Below are positions 54,361 through 54,873 of a stretch of DNA of 54,873 bases, piece by piece. Position 1 is the stretch's first letter, and every line of letters starts with the position of its first letter. The notes below the pieces were generated by a model. It did no database searches and was not told the origin of the DNA. It saw only the letters and a list, made by a program, of their open reading frames with translations. The position numbers and the translations under genes are program-made. Origin of the DNA: a virus (Duplodnaviria > Caudoviricetes); the IMG/VR virus record IMGVR_UViG_3300005860_000047, positions 1 to 54,873 of that record. One strand, given 5' to 3'.

Positions 54361-54873
54361 TTAAGGTCTTTGTACCCAGGCATAGTTCAAGTTTTCTCCC
54401 GTCAAAACCAAATTACCGTTGGCAGATACTGTGGTTGTGGTATCAGCAGGAATAGTCTGAGCCCCAACCTTGAGAGGTACATCGAAGCTGTACACCACAT
54501 CGCCAGCCTTCACGGGGGCCAACACTATATCACGGGAGTCATACTCCTCGTTGGCGGCTACTGGGGCCGAACCCGCGAACCCTCCCACGGCATAGAGCCT
54601 GCCGTTGCCAGGGGCGGCTGCGGCTAAGTAGTACCTCGCCGTGGGCATGGCAGCCTTCGCAGTCCAGGTGTTAGTAGCAGGGTCATACTCCTCATTGGTG
54701 GCTACGATAGCCGAACCCGTGTACCCTCCCACGGCATAGAGCCTGCCGTTGCCAGGGGCGGCTGCGGCTAAGTCGTACCTCGCCGTGGGCATGGCAGCCT
54801 TCGCAGTCCAGGTGTTGGTGGCAGGGTCATACTCCTCGTTGGTGGCTACAGCAGCCGTGGTGTACCCTCCCAC
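54361..54873 (-). CDS. Kelch-repeat protein, 3' part
   Basis: Repeats of WTAKAAMPTARYxLAAAAPGNGRLYAVGG...NEEYD. Confidence 0.9.
   Translation of the reverse strand: MGGYTTAAVATNEEYDPATNTWTAKAAMPTARYDLAAAAPGNGRLYAVGGYTGSAIVATNEEYDPATNTWTAKAAMPTARYYLAAAAPGNGRLYAVGGFAGSAPVAANEEYDSRDIVLAPVKAGDVVYSFDVPLKVGAQTIPADTTTTVSANGNLVLTGENLNYAWVQRP
54758..54873. repeat. Terminal direct repeat (right copy)
   Basis: Identical to 1-116. Confidence 0.95.

Noticed and set aside
54361-54873. Diversity-generating retroelement acting on the Kelch repeats
   Set aside because: Some differences fit adenine-specific change (GGC/GAC/TAC) but others do not, and no reverse transcriptase or non-coding template repeat was seen

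Overview
Apparently complete, circularly permuted ~54.8 kb temperate phage genome: bases 1-116 are identical to 54758-54873, and that overlap lies inside a Kelch-repeat gene. Strong AGGAGG RBSs, sigma-A-type promoters and a copper-amine-oxidase-N domain suggest a high-GC Bacillota host (inference). The minus strand carries a podovirus-like virion module (intein-bearing TerL, portal, scaffold, major capsid, adaptor, a nozzle gene apparently split around a fibre/Kelch cassette, ejection proteins, SLT), a PurD-like ATP-grasp, AdoMetDC, a papain-like protease and lysis genes. The plus strand carries small early genes, Xis/Int, an intact attP (3' part of tRNA-Val-TAC), a CI/Cro switch and replication genes (SNF2 helicase with a class-3-type intein, PD-(D/E)XK nuclease, Sak4-like ATPase, SSB, primase-helicase, ThyX, resolvase, UDG-fused DNA Pol A). 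The standout is a candidate RNA-guided system at 36.8-41.2 kb. Eight non-coding units of in-register GGY-NN pentamers, mostly separated by a GGAACTACATA motif, flank a ParB-like gene and a 184-aa RAMP/Cas7-like gene, and one unit stands alone with its own promoter and terminator. All protein calls are from motif recognition; no database search was run.
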